A stretch of 64,000 bases of DNA from Octopus sinensis (GCF_006345805.1 NC_043003.1:103168001-103232000); one strand, 5' to 3'. Shown: positions 41,312-53,649, counted from the first letter of the stretch. The notes: generated by a model from the letters alone, not told the origin. Translations and numbers: made by a program.

Positions 41312-41745
41312 CTGTAATGGTGAGCCAATTGTATGAAGTAGTTAATTGTAGCTACTAATTAATTGAAATATTAAAGTAAATATTTTAGGCAAATATTTAA
41401 AATCTACAAGTGGAAAAGAAAATTACGACAGAACACCAGACGCTATAAAGGTGGCTGTCGAGTTAATCACGATAGCAATGGATCAATGAGAGATAAATAA
41501 AACAATATTTGTGATGCGTTAATCGAGATATTAACGGATCTGCGAAAGAGAAATTAAACAATATTGGTGACAAGACCGCAGATTAATGACAGAAGAATAA
41601 CAAAGTCATTATGATGAACAGATATAGGACATTAAGGATGTAACTCTGAAAAAGAACAAGAATATTGATAACTAATATCTTTTCGGTAAGTTTATTATTG
41701 TTTGTGTCATACACAACGAACGACAGACAACATTGAGGTAACTAA

Positions 41746-42055
41746 GCGTGGCTTAGTGGTTAGGGCATTCGGCTCATGATCGTAAGGTTGTGAGTTCGAT
41801 TCCCGGCGACGCGTTGTGTCCTTGAGCAGGACACTTTATTTCACGTTGCTCCAGTCCACTCGCTGCAAAAATGAGTTGTACTTGTATTTCAAAGGGTCAG
41901 CCTTGTCACTCTCTGTGTCACGCTGATTATCCCCGAGAACTACGTTAAGGTACACGTGTCTGTGGAATGCTCAGCCATTTTACACGTTAATTTCACGAGC
42001 AAGCTGTTCCGTTGATCGTATTAGCTGGGACCCTCGTCGTCGTAACCGGCGGAGT
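41746..42055 (+). mobile_element. tRNA-derived SINE (family C)
   Basis: A box TGGCTTAGTGG (41749-59), B box GAGTTCGATTCC (41792-803), then gtgtccttgagcaggacacttta core. A related minus partial lies at 43320-43560. Confidence 0.8.
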
Positions 42056-42532
42056 CTTCTAACTACTGTCAGGTTGATTATTAACGGCAAGAGAAACGAC
42101 AAATGATTAATATGACTGGTCATTAATCTGACTTAATAACATGAAGTTTGTGCTTCTAAGTGAAAGATAAAACAACACAAAAGAACTGTAGATTTTATTA
42201 GAGTTAAAGATTACTATAGAGAATAGCAACTTTGATATAATACAGAAACAACGACGTAATTGAATAAACAGTGAAAACTATGAGGAACGCTAACATAAAA
42301 CAGTTATCTACGAACGTTTATTTACTTGTGAATTATTATAAACTTATCTCAGCGTCATTTTGTAGCCGGAAAACTGAAACAACTGTCTGAAAGGTGATTC
42401 AATTTTTATAGCTTGAAAGAAAAAAAATCGTTACGGTTTTTTTTTATTGAACATAATGGCGATGCCTCATAATGATCCGGTTGAGAGAAGTAATATTAAA
42501 AGTGTAAACTGTGTTATACAATGATGTTTATG

Positions 42533-42582
<50 letters not shown>

Positions 42583-43693
42583 ATATATATGTATTATTAA
42601 ATAAAATATATATATATATTATATATATAATAAATATATATATATATAATATATAAATATATAAATAAATATATATATATGTGTACAAATAAATATATAT
42701 ATATGTATAAATAAATATATATGTATAAATAAATAAATATATATATGTATAAATAAATATATATAAATAAATTTATATATATATATTATAATATATATAC
42801 TATATATATATATAATAGCAAAATTAAAATAAAATATGCATATATACATTCATATATGTACGTACCTACATCTATATGCATATATACATACATATATGGG
42901 TACAGGACACCAAAAAAACATCGAACACAAGAGAAACGAAAACATAAAAACAAAAACAAGGAAATGGACATTTTTTTTAAACAACGAAAAACCAGAGTAA
43001 AAGACACATACAACACAAGGAAAATTCCCCTTCTTCAGTCGCCTCTGTTTCGTCTATATATATATATATATATTATATATATATATATATAATTTAATCC
43101 GATAGAGTTGTAATTCTTTTTGAAGAGGTTTTGAGGACGTATATCTAAACGGAAAGTCACAAGTCTGTGTGTGTGTGTGTGTGTTGTTTGTGTAATGTGC
43201 ATGTGTGTGTTTGGTGTGTGTACGCATGTATCCATTTATATATATATATATATATATATGCGTGTGTGTGTGTGTGCATATATGTGTGTGATTGTGTGTG
43301 TATATATGTGTGCGTGTATCACGTGATCAATATTGCTATATGTTGCCCGTCACAATGAGCATTGCATCGTTTTAGGGTCTCAAATGATGCCACCCTGCTG
43401 GCTACGTGAGCAGGCTAACGTTCATCCTGATCGGAAGGCTAACCCCTCGCGAGGGTTACGCATTTACAGCGGAGTGGACAGGAGCAACGTGAAATGGAGT
43501 GTTTTGCTGAAAAGCATAACGCGCCGCTCGGTCCAGGAATCGAACTCACGATCTTGCGACGTGTGTGTGTGTATGTGTGTGTGCTTATGTGTGTGTGTGC
43601 TTATGTGTGTGTGTGTATGCCTATGTGTGTGTGTGTGTGTGCTTATGTGTGCTTGTGTTTGTGTGTGCGTGTGTTTGTGTGTGTGCGTGTGTG

Positions 43694-43770
<77 letters not shown>

Positions 43771-44023
43771 TATGTGTGTGCACGTGCGAGAAAGTATAAT
43801 CCACCGCCGCTCCGCTGCCTTTTCAAAATGCCTGGGGTGAACTGAAGCTATAGCAACGGATAATTGCCCAAGGTGGCATACAGGGAGATCGAAACTTGAA
43901 CCGACTCAAATAATTAATTTTGCTACTTTGATAACACGTATGTGCGTATGCGTGTGCGTGAGTGTCTGTATGTGAACATGTACATCTATATCTATTGTAT
44001 ATCTATGAATCTATCTATGTATA

Positions 44024-44054
<31 letters not shown>

Positions 44055-45289
44055 GTGTGTGTGCGTGTGTGTGTGTGTGCGCACACATACACACATATAT
44101 TTATTTGTCGTGCAATATATGGATTCATAGAATCACCTATCACAGTCTATGCTGTTTCTCTGCCTCTCTCTCTCTCTCTCTCTTTCTATGTGTGTGTGTG
44201 TGAAGACAGGAGAGAGAGAAGAGAAGAGAAAGGAGAACAATCTAACGGCCTAACTTGAACTATGAACAAAAAAAAAATAGCAATTTATTTCAAAATGGCT
44301 GGAAATTAAATGTTTTCGAGCCATAAGTTCAGATTTATTGGGTCTTCTGTTTATCACAGTTGGTTTAGATGATTACGATGGCATTTCCTATATGGCAATC
44401 ATTCATTCTTGCTCCCCTAATTAAATTAGTATTACAGCCTCTAATCTTCGAGTTACAGAGTTAAAGTAAAAGCGAGAAGAATAAAATAATACTAAAAATC
44501 AATAGTCCCGGTTGATGCAGGCATAAACATGCACCTATGGCTGATTAGATACACATATGTACACACCCAAATGCATTTAGATAAATTCCCACATCATCGT
44601 GAAATTAATTTTATTGGTGAAACAAAGATGAATGATTTCAAAACATGAAAACTAGCACTAATGACGAAAGGGGTAAAAATGAGGCCTCTATACGTCACTT
44701 GACGTGCTATAACCAGCAGCCAGATCTTTCGCAATTCTTACACTACCAGTTTAAAAGTTGGAATATATTGTATAAAATAGCTTATCAGATAAGAATGTAG
44801 TATACGTAAGACAAAAGAAATACAACTACAACAAAATAGAACGTGTTAAACATAAGACAAAGAATTATCGATTGATAAAAAAAAAGAACACAGTAAACAA
44901 AAGACAAATGAAATATAAATACATCAGTAAATATTATAAAAACACTGTTATTGAACAGCATCATTACTAAGTAAGAGATTCCGACCTAAATCGGATGAGA
45001 TCTTTATAATCTCATCACATATTGTATCGCTGGTTACTTTCTGATTAAATAACAGAAAAGATCGAGAAAAAAATATACAAGTCCGAAATATATTAAAGAA
45101 AAATGGAGAGAACTATTATGCAACAAGTTATCTGCGAGAAACAAGAATGATAAAGTCAACAATAGCTCAAAAGTTCTGGGCTGATAATAGAAACAGAACG
45201 TTCTTATTCGTAGACAATCACAAAAAAAAATTCTATGAACAAACCAATGAAGCCAGAGGCTAAAACCATGTGTAGATTTCATAATCAGC

Positions 45290-45740
45290 ACATTAAAATG
45301 ACTGACTACATTATTTCTCCTTCGCTGGTCCTTGTAAATTTAAAATATGTCTATTGGGTAACAGGCCGACATTTCGACATTGGAACTAAGAAATTGTATA
45401 TGTACGAATTACAGTATATGACAAAGATCTGACTACAATCCTCGGGAACGTGCTTGACAAGGCTGACAAGAAGCTCTACTAGAAGCGTCCAGCTATAATT
45501 ATCTTACGAATGACTGCAATAAGAATAGCTACTCACTTCTTAGCAAAACATCGATCGGAAGGAAGTTGAGAAACTATCAAAGTACAAGGATCTTGAAATA
45601 AAAATAAATATAATATGGGACATGAAGTAATACTAATAATAACTGGAATATGAGACATAGTAAACAACGAACAAATATCATTCAGCGGAATTTTCGCCAG
45701 TGAGCAGAAAATTACCCGAAACAGTTTCATGAAAGATCTC
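45290..45740 (+). mobile_element. R4/Dong-type LINE endonuclease-end remnant
   Basis: DKADKKL..EVEKLSKYKDLEIKIN..WDMK..IIITG matches the RLE C-terminal 'EKLSKYKDLEIEI..MW.MK' motif. Confidence 0.55.
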
Positions 45741-45779
45741 TACATAGTAAATGGGTTACTCTGTGATGTGCTGTTTCAA

Positions 45780-46335
45780 ATTTTGGCGTTTGTAGGAGGG
45801 GGGAAAACTTTTGTGGGGAGGAAAGTCAAGTGGTTACTGTAACATCCAATCGGTATACGGAGGGGCTGTGGAACATTCTGTAGCTAAAACTCTCAGTATT
45901 TGGAAATTCAGATGTGTGGTTTCAACAGGATCGGGCCATCGCTCACATTGCGAGGATGTCAATGGAAGCTTTGAGAGACACCTAATTTCCTTCCACGGTG
46001 ACGACACTAGATGACCTCCACGGCCTCTCGATCTTGCCCCCTGTAATTACCTGAAAACTGAAATCTGTAAACATCAACCAACAACTATTGACGAATTAAA
46101 GACTGCTATATGCCAAACAATTTCAGGAATACTACCGGAAAGGATTCGCCGAGTGAAGTAAAAACTACACAAATCATCAAAAATACTTTGCGATAGGACG
46201 CCACCATTTGGAGGATATTTTCAAGATCAAATGGAATAAACGTTATCAAAATATATTTTGATTATCATACGTTGGTCTTTCTATCAACCTGAAAATGTGG
46301 GAGGTTTTTCGATCGTATCTTGCGTACACCTGATT
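45780..46335 (+). mobile_element. Tc1/mariner-superfamily transposase remnant
   Basis: DVWFQQDRAIAHIARMSMEAL..HLISFHGDDTR*PPRPLDLAPCNY..LKTEICKHQPTTIDELKTAICQTI. Confidence 0.8.
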
Positions 46336-47439
46336 TTACAACTCCACGTACAATTTAAAAATAAAACTGCTATGTTTCTTATTCTATGCAAGGCACATGC
46401 AACTCAAGAGCACAGTTCATGTGATGTATTTTCTGTCAAACTGACGCATCATACACTCTATACGGTTGTCGCCCAGTAACATTACATAACCTACACAGAC
46501 AATTACTACACAGCACAATAAATAATACAACACTTAACTCTCTTATATATAAGGCTTTTGGAATGTGTGAGCATTTTGTAAACAAACTTATGTGCGCTTC
46601 GTGTATCGGTATTCTACATAAATGAGACACAATCACTACACAATACATAAAAATATTACAACACTTAATTCCCTTTTATATTCCACTCTACCACGCCACC
46701 AACAATTCACACAACACATACTTTATACACTTACCACCGGATAACATCCCATTCATTACACAATACGCACTTTAGACCATCACCAGACTTTATAAAATAA
46801 CAATTAACTCTTATATATTCGACACCCGACACTATAACACATCTCACACACCACCAACAATAACTCACAAAAAAACTCTCTACAATTGTTAATCCACACA
46901 GCACTTATTCAACTCAGCCACCACACAACACTAAAACACAACACACAAATATCACAACACTTACAATCGCCATTATCTAACCGAATATCGCATTAACACA
47001 TTTTCGACACAACAAACGGCTGAAACAACAAAGCAAATGCCAATACGAAGCAAGCGCAATCTAATGTCCCTCAAACTTGCTGCGTAAAATTTGCATGAAG
47101 CTGTTGAAAGTCTGGCGATGATGGTGATGATGATGATGGTTTCAATTTATGGCACAAGGCCAGCAATTTCGAGGGGGAGGGTTAGATCGATTACATCGAC
47201 CCCAGTGCTCAACTGGTACTCATTTTATCGACCCCGAAAGGATGAAAAGCTAAGTCGACCTCGGCAGAATTTGAACCCCAAAATTGAGACGAACACCGAT
47301 TGCCAGGAGTTTCCTTAATATGAACCAATTTTCCTTAATTTTCCAAGTTTCCTTAATATGAAAATTAATCCACAAATAAAGTATCTTTATCCACCAATGC
47401 AGTGTTGAGCACTCATTCTCATTGGTCGATATTTACGTG

Positions 47440-47500
<61 letters not shown>

Positions 47501-47592
47501 AGAGAGAGAGATACATACATACATTACATATATATATATGTACATATATACCTACCTACCTACATACATACATACATATATATATATATACA

Positions 47593-49688
47593 AATCAAAA
47601 TAAAAACATGATGCCAAGGATTCAGCGGTACATATGTTTCGGGCCTTTATTAGACGGATTTCTTCAGCCGCGCACAATTACTACTTCAAGGACATGTATT
47701 ACGTCATAAATTCTACGTTGGGGATGCAAATCCTCACAGTCGCGTACGAAATAGTGGGGCACCAGCACAAAAAGGAAGCGTCCATCCCGTCCTTCACTCA
47801 ATGTAGGATGAGGAAGTTTGGATGTTGAGGTAATATAAATAAATAAATAAATAAATATATAAATAAATATATAAATACACAGAGACGTGAAGAAACCTGG
47901 TAATATAAATAAATAGAGATAAAGATAGAGGAGCGAGAATTAAGGACGAAAGATAAAAAAATGAAAAAAAATAAAATAAATAAAAAATATAAATATAGAA
48001 ATATAAAAAAAAGAAATATAAAAAAATATTGAAAAATATAAAAATATATAAAAGGATATAAAATATAAAAATATATTTAAAAAATATAAGGATAAGGGAT
48101 ATAAAGTGGTAAAGGACTAACAAGGTGGTCAGAAAGATGACATATTCTGGTTGTAGAAGCCTACGGGCGTAGCGGCGGGTGTCATAAATCAACTAGAAAG
48201 TCTGGAGACCCAGTATATGGTTAATTACGGTTGTCTGGTTTGTGGCTAAACCGTTTATCTATTTCCTCGTAAATTGTCTAGTGGTCAACATGTACATACG
48301 TACACGCATGGATACATATACACATATACACGCATACATATACACACGTATACACATCCACACGTATACATACATACGTACTCTCGTGTAAAAATATATC
48401 GACAGGGGTGCGCATATACATCCTTCCCGCTACGTACTTATATCTAAGCTGACTCTGCACACGCACTCGTATACACACAAATACATACTCACGCGTACAT
48501 ATGTAAAGTCCGCCCGTCTACCCACCCACATACGTATATGCTCACATACATAAATATCTTAATATACACATACATACGGAAAAAGGCGCATGTAGACGCG
48601 CATACGTACGTATACACATACACGTACATGCGCACATACAGACACACTCACACACACACTCATACACATGAGGAAGTAAATCTCTATGCTTATGGACAAA
48701 GATATGCATACACCCACACTCACGCCCACTCCCACACATATGGGGGAGTGAATCCTATGCATATACACAAAAATATGCATATATGCATATGCACAGACAC
48801 AGGTATAACAAGTAGATCTATTCCCGCACACAGGCAAGATGGACCTAGATGTTCAAAATGTCTGTCTTAGAGTGGCGTGACGGTTGCAAACCATTGTACT
48901 AACATTATAAGTGGGTAGGGTAATTAGCAGGTTACAGGGGTGTACGAATAAATCAGAAAAGAAAGAGACAAAGAAGAAATTAAGAGGCAAAGAAAAAAAA
49001 TTGAGAAGGGATAAGAGCAAAAGTAAGTAAAAACAAAAGTAAAAAATAATAATAAAAATAAAAACGAGAATTAAAGAAAATAAAATAAAATAAGAATGCA
49101 AATTAAAAAAATTAAAAATAGAAAACAAAGATAAAGATAAAATGGGGACAATAAATTGAGCACTGGATAGAATGAGTGGAGGTTACCGAATTATATCCCT
49201 TATATTTTTTTTAATATATTTTTATATTTTATATCCTTTTATATTTTTTTATATTTTTTATATTTCTTTTTTTATATTTCTATATTTATTTTTTTTCTCA
49301 TTTTTTTATCTTTCGTCCTTAATTCTCGCTCCTCTATCTTTATCTCTATTTATTTATATTACCAGGTTTCTTCACGTCTCTGTGTATTTATATATTTATT
49401 TATTTATTTATTTATATTACCTCAACATCCAAACTTCCTCATCCTACATTGAGTGAAGGACGGGATGGACGCTTCGTTTTTGTGCTGGTGCCCCACTATT
49501 TCGTACGCGACTGTGAGGATTTGCATCCCCAACGTAGAATTTATGATGTAATACATGTCCTTCAAGTAGTAATTGTGCGCGGCTGAAGAAGGCCATAGAC
49601 ACACATTATGCATTGTTATAAATCCGTCTAATAAAGGCCCGAAACATATGTACCGCTGAATCCTTGCCATCATGTTTTTATTTTGATT
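47593..49688. mobile_element. 2.1-kb foldback: ~510-bp inverted arms carrying a hammerhead (PLE-type inverted pLTRs)
   Basis: 47593-48104 is the reverse complement of 49191-49688 (high identity). The right arm has an intact hammerhead, the left arm the same motif with a 31-nt deletion. Confidence 0.85.
49579..49656 (+). ncRNA. Type I hammerhead ribozyme motif
   Basis: GCGG-CUGAAGA-A-GGCC(a)UAGAC...GUCUA(auaaa)GGCC-C-GAAAC-AUAU-GUA-CCGC: 4-bp GC stem I, extended stem II, palindromic stem III ACAUAUGU. Confidence 0.7.
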
Positions 49689-50200
49689 AATATACTCTAC
49701 CACCTACACCACCAAATGGTATATACAGGTGCTTACAATTATCAAGTATTCACTCTGAATTTGTATATATATACACATACATGCATAAACACGTACATAC
49801 ATACATACATATATATATATACACACCATACACATACATACATACCTACATATATATATACACACACATACATACATACATAATATATATACACACCATA
49901 CATACATACATAAAACTATATATATATATATATATACACACACATACACACATATATATATACACACACATACATACATATATTATATATATACACACAT
50001 ACATACATACATACATATATATACACACACACATACATACATACATACATATATATATACACACATACATACATACATATATATATACACAGCATACATA
50101 CATATATATATACACACACAACATACATACATACATATATATATATACACACACATACATACATACATATATACATATATATAATATATATATATATTAA

Positions 50201-50233
<33 letters not shown>

Positions 50234-50561
50234 AAGAGAGAGCGAGAGAGAGAGACAGTAAAGCTTATTTGCTTATTAAAGTGTAGTCCTGATCAGGACG
50301 AATTTTACTGTTATTTAGCCCCAGGAAAGCATCGTCTCCAGCTGGCTGTCGGCACACTAACTGCGTCCTTATATTTTCGAATAAGGGAACTAGTGTCCCC
50401 ACGCAGCTCAAAGCAATATCTGTGTACCAATGGTTTCTAAGTTATTTCTCTTCATCAGTACAGAATAATCACTTGACTAGAGATGGCGACACTAGTTCTT
50501 GTTCGAAGTATATACTTTTCAATGTGACACAGATTCTGATCTCATAAATAGAAAAACTATT

Positions 50562-50871
50562 ACAGTTCTATATTTAAGAGATGAGGAATTATGTACATGT
50601 ATTATTTACATTATTTACATTTGACGGATATTTGTCCTCATCTTGTTTGTTGTCAACCCAACGTTTCGACTAATATACCCCCCAGCCTTCATCAGGTATC
50701 TCGGGGAAATTTCTAACCCTGGGTTTTCATTCCTAAGGTATTTTTTCAATGTTGCTGTTGTTCATATGCCCGTGGGCATATGGCGTAGTGGTTAAGAGCG
50801 CAGGCTACTAACCCCAAGATTTCGAGTTCGATTCGAAGCAGTAACCTGAATAATAATAATAATAATAATAA

Positions 50872-50941
<70 letters not shown>

Positions 50942-51090
50942 GCAACAACATCGAAAAGTACCTTAGGAATGAGAACCCAGGGTTCGAAATTTCCCCAAGA
51001 CACCTGATGAAGGCTGGAGGGTATATTAGCCGAAACGTTGCGTTAACAACAAACAAGATGAGGACAAATATCCGTCAAATGTAAATAATG
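50562..51090. mobile_element. tRNA-headed, hammerhead-carrying SINE-like element in head-to-head arrangement, 13-bp TSD
   Basis: TSD tagaaaaactatt at 50549-50561 and 51091-51103. tRNA-like head 50774-50846 (A box TGGCGTAGTGG, B box GAGTTCGATTC), (AAT)n 50849-50941, body 50942-51090. Inverted body copy at 50562-50771. Confidence 0.8.
50999..51044 (+). ncRNA. Minimal type I hammerhead motif
   Basis: GACAC-CUGAUGA-A-GGCU...AGCC-GAAAC-GUU-GCGUU. Loop-less stem III ACGU (dimer type). Inverted twin at 50656-50699. Confidence 0.6.
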
Positions 51091-51399
51091 TAGAAAAACT
51101 ATTAGTTCTAAATTTCTGAGCGAGAAATATGCAGCAAAAGTACTCGAGTAAAGTTTATTTGCCAACGTAAAGTGGCAGTTCTGATTAAGAGGAATGTTAC
51201 TGCTATTTAGCCCCAGGAAAGTACCAATGATTTTGGGGTTATTTCCCTTCACCAGCACAGAATAATCGCTTGGGATATTTCTCGTTCAGAGATTTAGAAC
51301 AAAATTTTTTTCTATTTATGAGATCAGTGACTGTGTGTCATTTTGAAAAGTATATGCTTCGAACTAGAACTAGTGTCACCATCTCTAGCCAAGCGATTA

Positions 51400-51447
51400 A
51401 TCTGTGCTGATGAAGAGAAATAACTCAGAAACCATTGGTACACAGAT
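51400..51447 (+). ncRNA. Type I hammerhead motif with 7-bp stem I
   Basis: AUCUGUG-CUGAUGA-A-GAG-aaauaa-CUC-A-GAA-ACC-auu-GGU-A-CACAGAU. Predicted cut after A51440. Twin on minus at 50418-50465, relic at ~51222-51256. Confidence 0.7.
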
Positions 51448-51599
51448 ATTGTTTGACTATGAGAAGATGCTAATGACTGAAAGGAACAATGTTTTCGTTG
51501 ATTAATCATCATTCCTCTTTTTCCACTTCGAAGCAAGACTATGAAAGAAGACAGTGGCTTGTGATTATTTAGCCAGATATATCACAAAATTCTCACGTC

Positions 51600-51920
51600 C
51601 CACTGGTTGTTTTAAATAGTTAACACCGAGGATTATCTGAGTATTGTGATTCCACGTGTCTATCCTTTGGTACAAATATTATTTCTGATGGTAGCGCAAT
51701 CTTCCAGGAGGATAATGCGCCGAATTTACACAGCTAAAGTGGATAGAACTGATGGCAGTTCTATCCACTGCCATCATCACTGAAAGAGCTAAAGCAGGTT
51801 TCCCTTAATACTCATTCAGAGCCTGTGCAAACCAATTCCTCGACGTATTAAAACAGTAGTTAATGTCAAAGGTTGACCAAATCCATATTCAATTATAAAG
51901 GGGGTTTTCCATTATTTTTT
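51600..51920 (+). mobile_element. Tc1 transposase remnant
   Basis: EDYLSI..VYPLVQILF.DGSAIFQEDNAP..TAKV ... PLPSSLKELKQV..IPRRIKTVVNVKG*PNPY. Confidence 0.7.
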
Positions 51921-52860
51921 CTTACTTTTAAATATATATAAATACGTATACACTTATACACAAGCACATATATATGTATATATGTATGTTTATATATATA
52001 TATACATATATATGTGTGTATGTACGTATATATATGTCTATATATATATATATATCTATATAATATATATATATATATATGTTATATACGTTTGTGTGTG
52101 TATATATATATGTATATATATGTGTGTATCTTTTATTAAACTTTTAATACTTTTGATATTTATAAAAATAAATAAATAAATAATAAAAAATTAATTAATT
52201 AATTAATTAATTAATTAATAAACAAAATAATATAAAATATAAAAATAATACATATATATATTATATATATATATATATATAATATATATATATTTGTATA
52301 TATATATTTATAATTTATAAGTTTAATTAGTTTTATAATATTTATTTTTAACTTTTATATTTTTAAATTAATTTTATGTATTGGCTTTTTTTTCACTGTT
52401 TGATTTGCCTAATAGTGTTTTATCTCTAATTTAATATAATATAATATAATATATTTATACTATAAAATGGATTTAATCCTAAATCTAATTTTTCCCTGTA
52501 AGTTTGGATTTATTCCCTAATATTATTATTACCCATAAAAAATTCAATTTAGAAATACTAACATCAAATTTCACAAAATATAATATATATATATTATATA
52601 TATATATATAAATTAGAAAAAAAGCACATTTTTATCAATTTAAAATGACAATTAAATTACATAGAAAATTACATATAATAGAAATATTAAAATTAAAATA
52701 ATAATATACCAAAGATTAAGTAAATTGCAAAAAAAATAATAATAACGTATATATTTGGTAGCAGTGCTGGAGCATTACCTTAAGTGGTTTTAGTCGAATA
52801 AATCGAACCAGGAGTTATTCTTTGTAAACCTAGAGATTAACCTATTGGTCTATGTGTTGT

Positions 52861-52896
<36 letters not shown>

Positions 52897-52901
<5 letters not shown>

Positions 52902-53609
52902 GTTGCCTTCAAATGCGGTGTCTTTACTGTGATCTCCCTTTTAGTAGAAGAAATAGCTATAATCTCTTTGACTGCTATTTCTAAATTCGGTGTGCGGTAA
53001 GGCAATTCGTTGCTAAACCCTTAATTGCTTAGTATTACTTAAATTTTCCTCGAATGAGGCTTTTATATGCCGAAGACTACTTGTGTAATTGATAATTTTC
53101 CAAATTAATTAATTTCACCCTTCATTGTTACTCATAATCATATTCATCCAGTAAATGACCACAGCACTTTGTCTTGGCTACACGCGGGTGGGAAGGGACT
53201 GGTGACACAAGCTTTCATTCATGCTTTGAATTTGGTGATACTAGCTGTGGCTTCTAGCTCGCTCTGATACTGAGTTGAGTTGGTGCCTTCTAGTATCTCA
53301 AATTCAATATTCAATCATTCATGATTGTTTGTAATCCTGCGCTGATGAGAGAAGAAGTCTGGTAAGGTAGAATTATCTAATTCTTATGCTTTCCTAAGAC
53401 TTGATCTCGAAACGTACGTCCGTAGGTGACTTAAAACTGTATGATGATTGCCGTTAATTCATTCTCTCTTACCTGTTTGTGTTTGCCTTTCAAATGCTGT
53501 GTCTTTACTGTGATCTCCCTTTTAGTAGAAGAAATAGCTATAATCTCTTTGACTGCTATTTCTAAATTCGGTGTGCGGTAAGGCAATTCGTTGCTAAACC
53601 CTTAATTGC

Positions 53610-53610
<1 letters not shown>
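52897..53610 (+). mobile_element. Retrozyme-like non-coding element: 581-nt monomer with ~134-nt terminal redundancy, inserted in (TA)n
   Basis: Direct repeats 52897-53029 and 53476-53610 (offset 581, about the last 110 nt identical). (TA)n on both sides, no ORF, and a central canonical hammerhead. Confidence 0.75.
53336..53426 (+). ncRNA. Canonical type I hammerhead ribozyme
   Basis: Stem I CCUGCG/CGUAGG (6 bp, one G-U); CUGAUGA 53342-48; stem II GAGA/UCUC extended by AAGUCU/AGACUU; GAAA 53409-12; stem III AC-guac-GU; GUC cleavage triplet 53418-20. Confidence 0.85.

Positions 53611-53649
<39 letters not shown>

Larger units (their letters stand above)
50258..51455. mobile_element. Hammerhead-bearing non-autonomous repeat (~350-nt monomer; tandem plus inverted copies)
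   Basis: The segment gtaaag.ttatttg...ttatttagccccaggaaag repeats at 50258 and 51148 (890 bp apart, 348 after removing the 542-bp nested insert). 50415-50560 recurs inverted at 51310-51455. Confidence 0.7.

Noticed and set aside
40330-41450. Local diverged duplications (40330-40440 vs 40840-40915; 40710-40800 vs 41377-41450; also 33750-33790 vs 33962-34010)
   Set aside because: These are short, AT-rich, old slippage-type duplications with no structure or coding signal.
50774-50846. Functional tRNA gene
   Set aside because: The acceptor, anticodon and T stems do not pair properly. It is followed by (AAT)n and a repeat body rather than an oligo-T terminator, so I treat it as a SINE head.
53048-53085. 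Second hammerhead in the 581-nt unit (cgaatgaGGC..GCCgaag)
   Set aside because: Both conserved boxes are altered (no CUGANGA, GAAG instead of GAAA) and there is no stem I or III.
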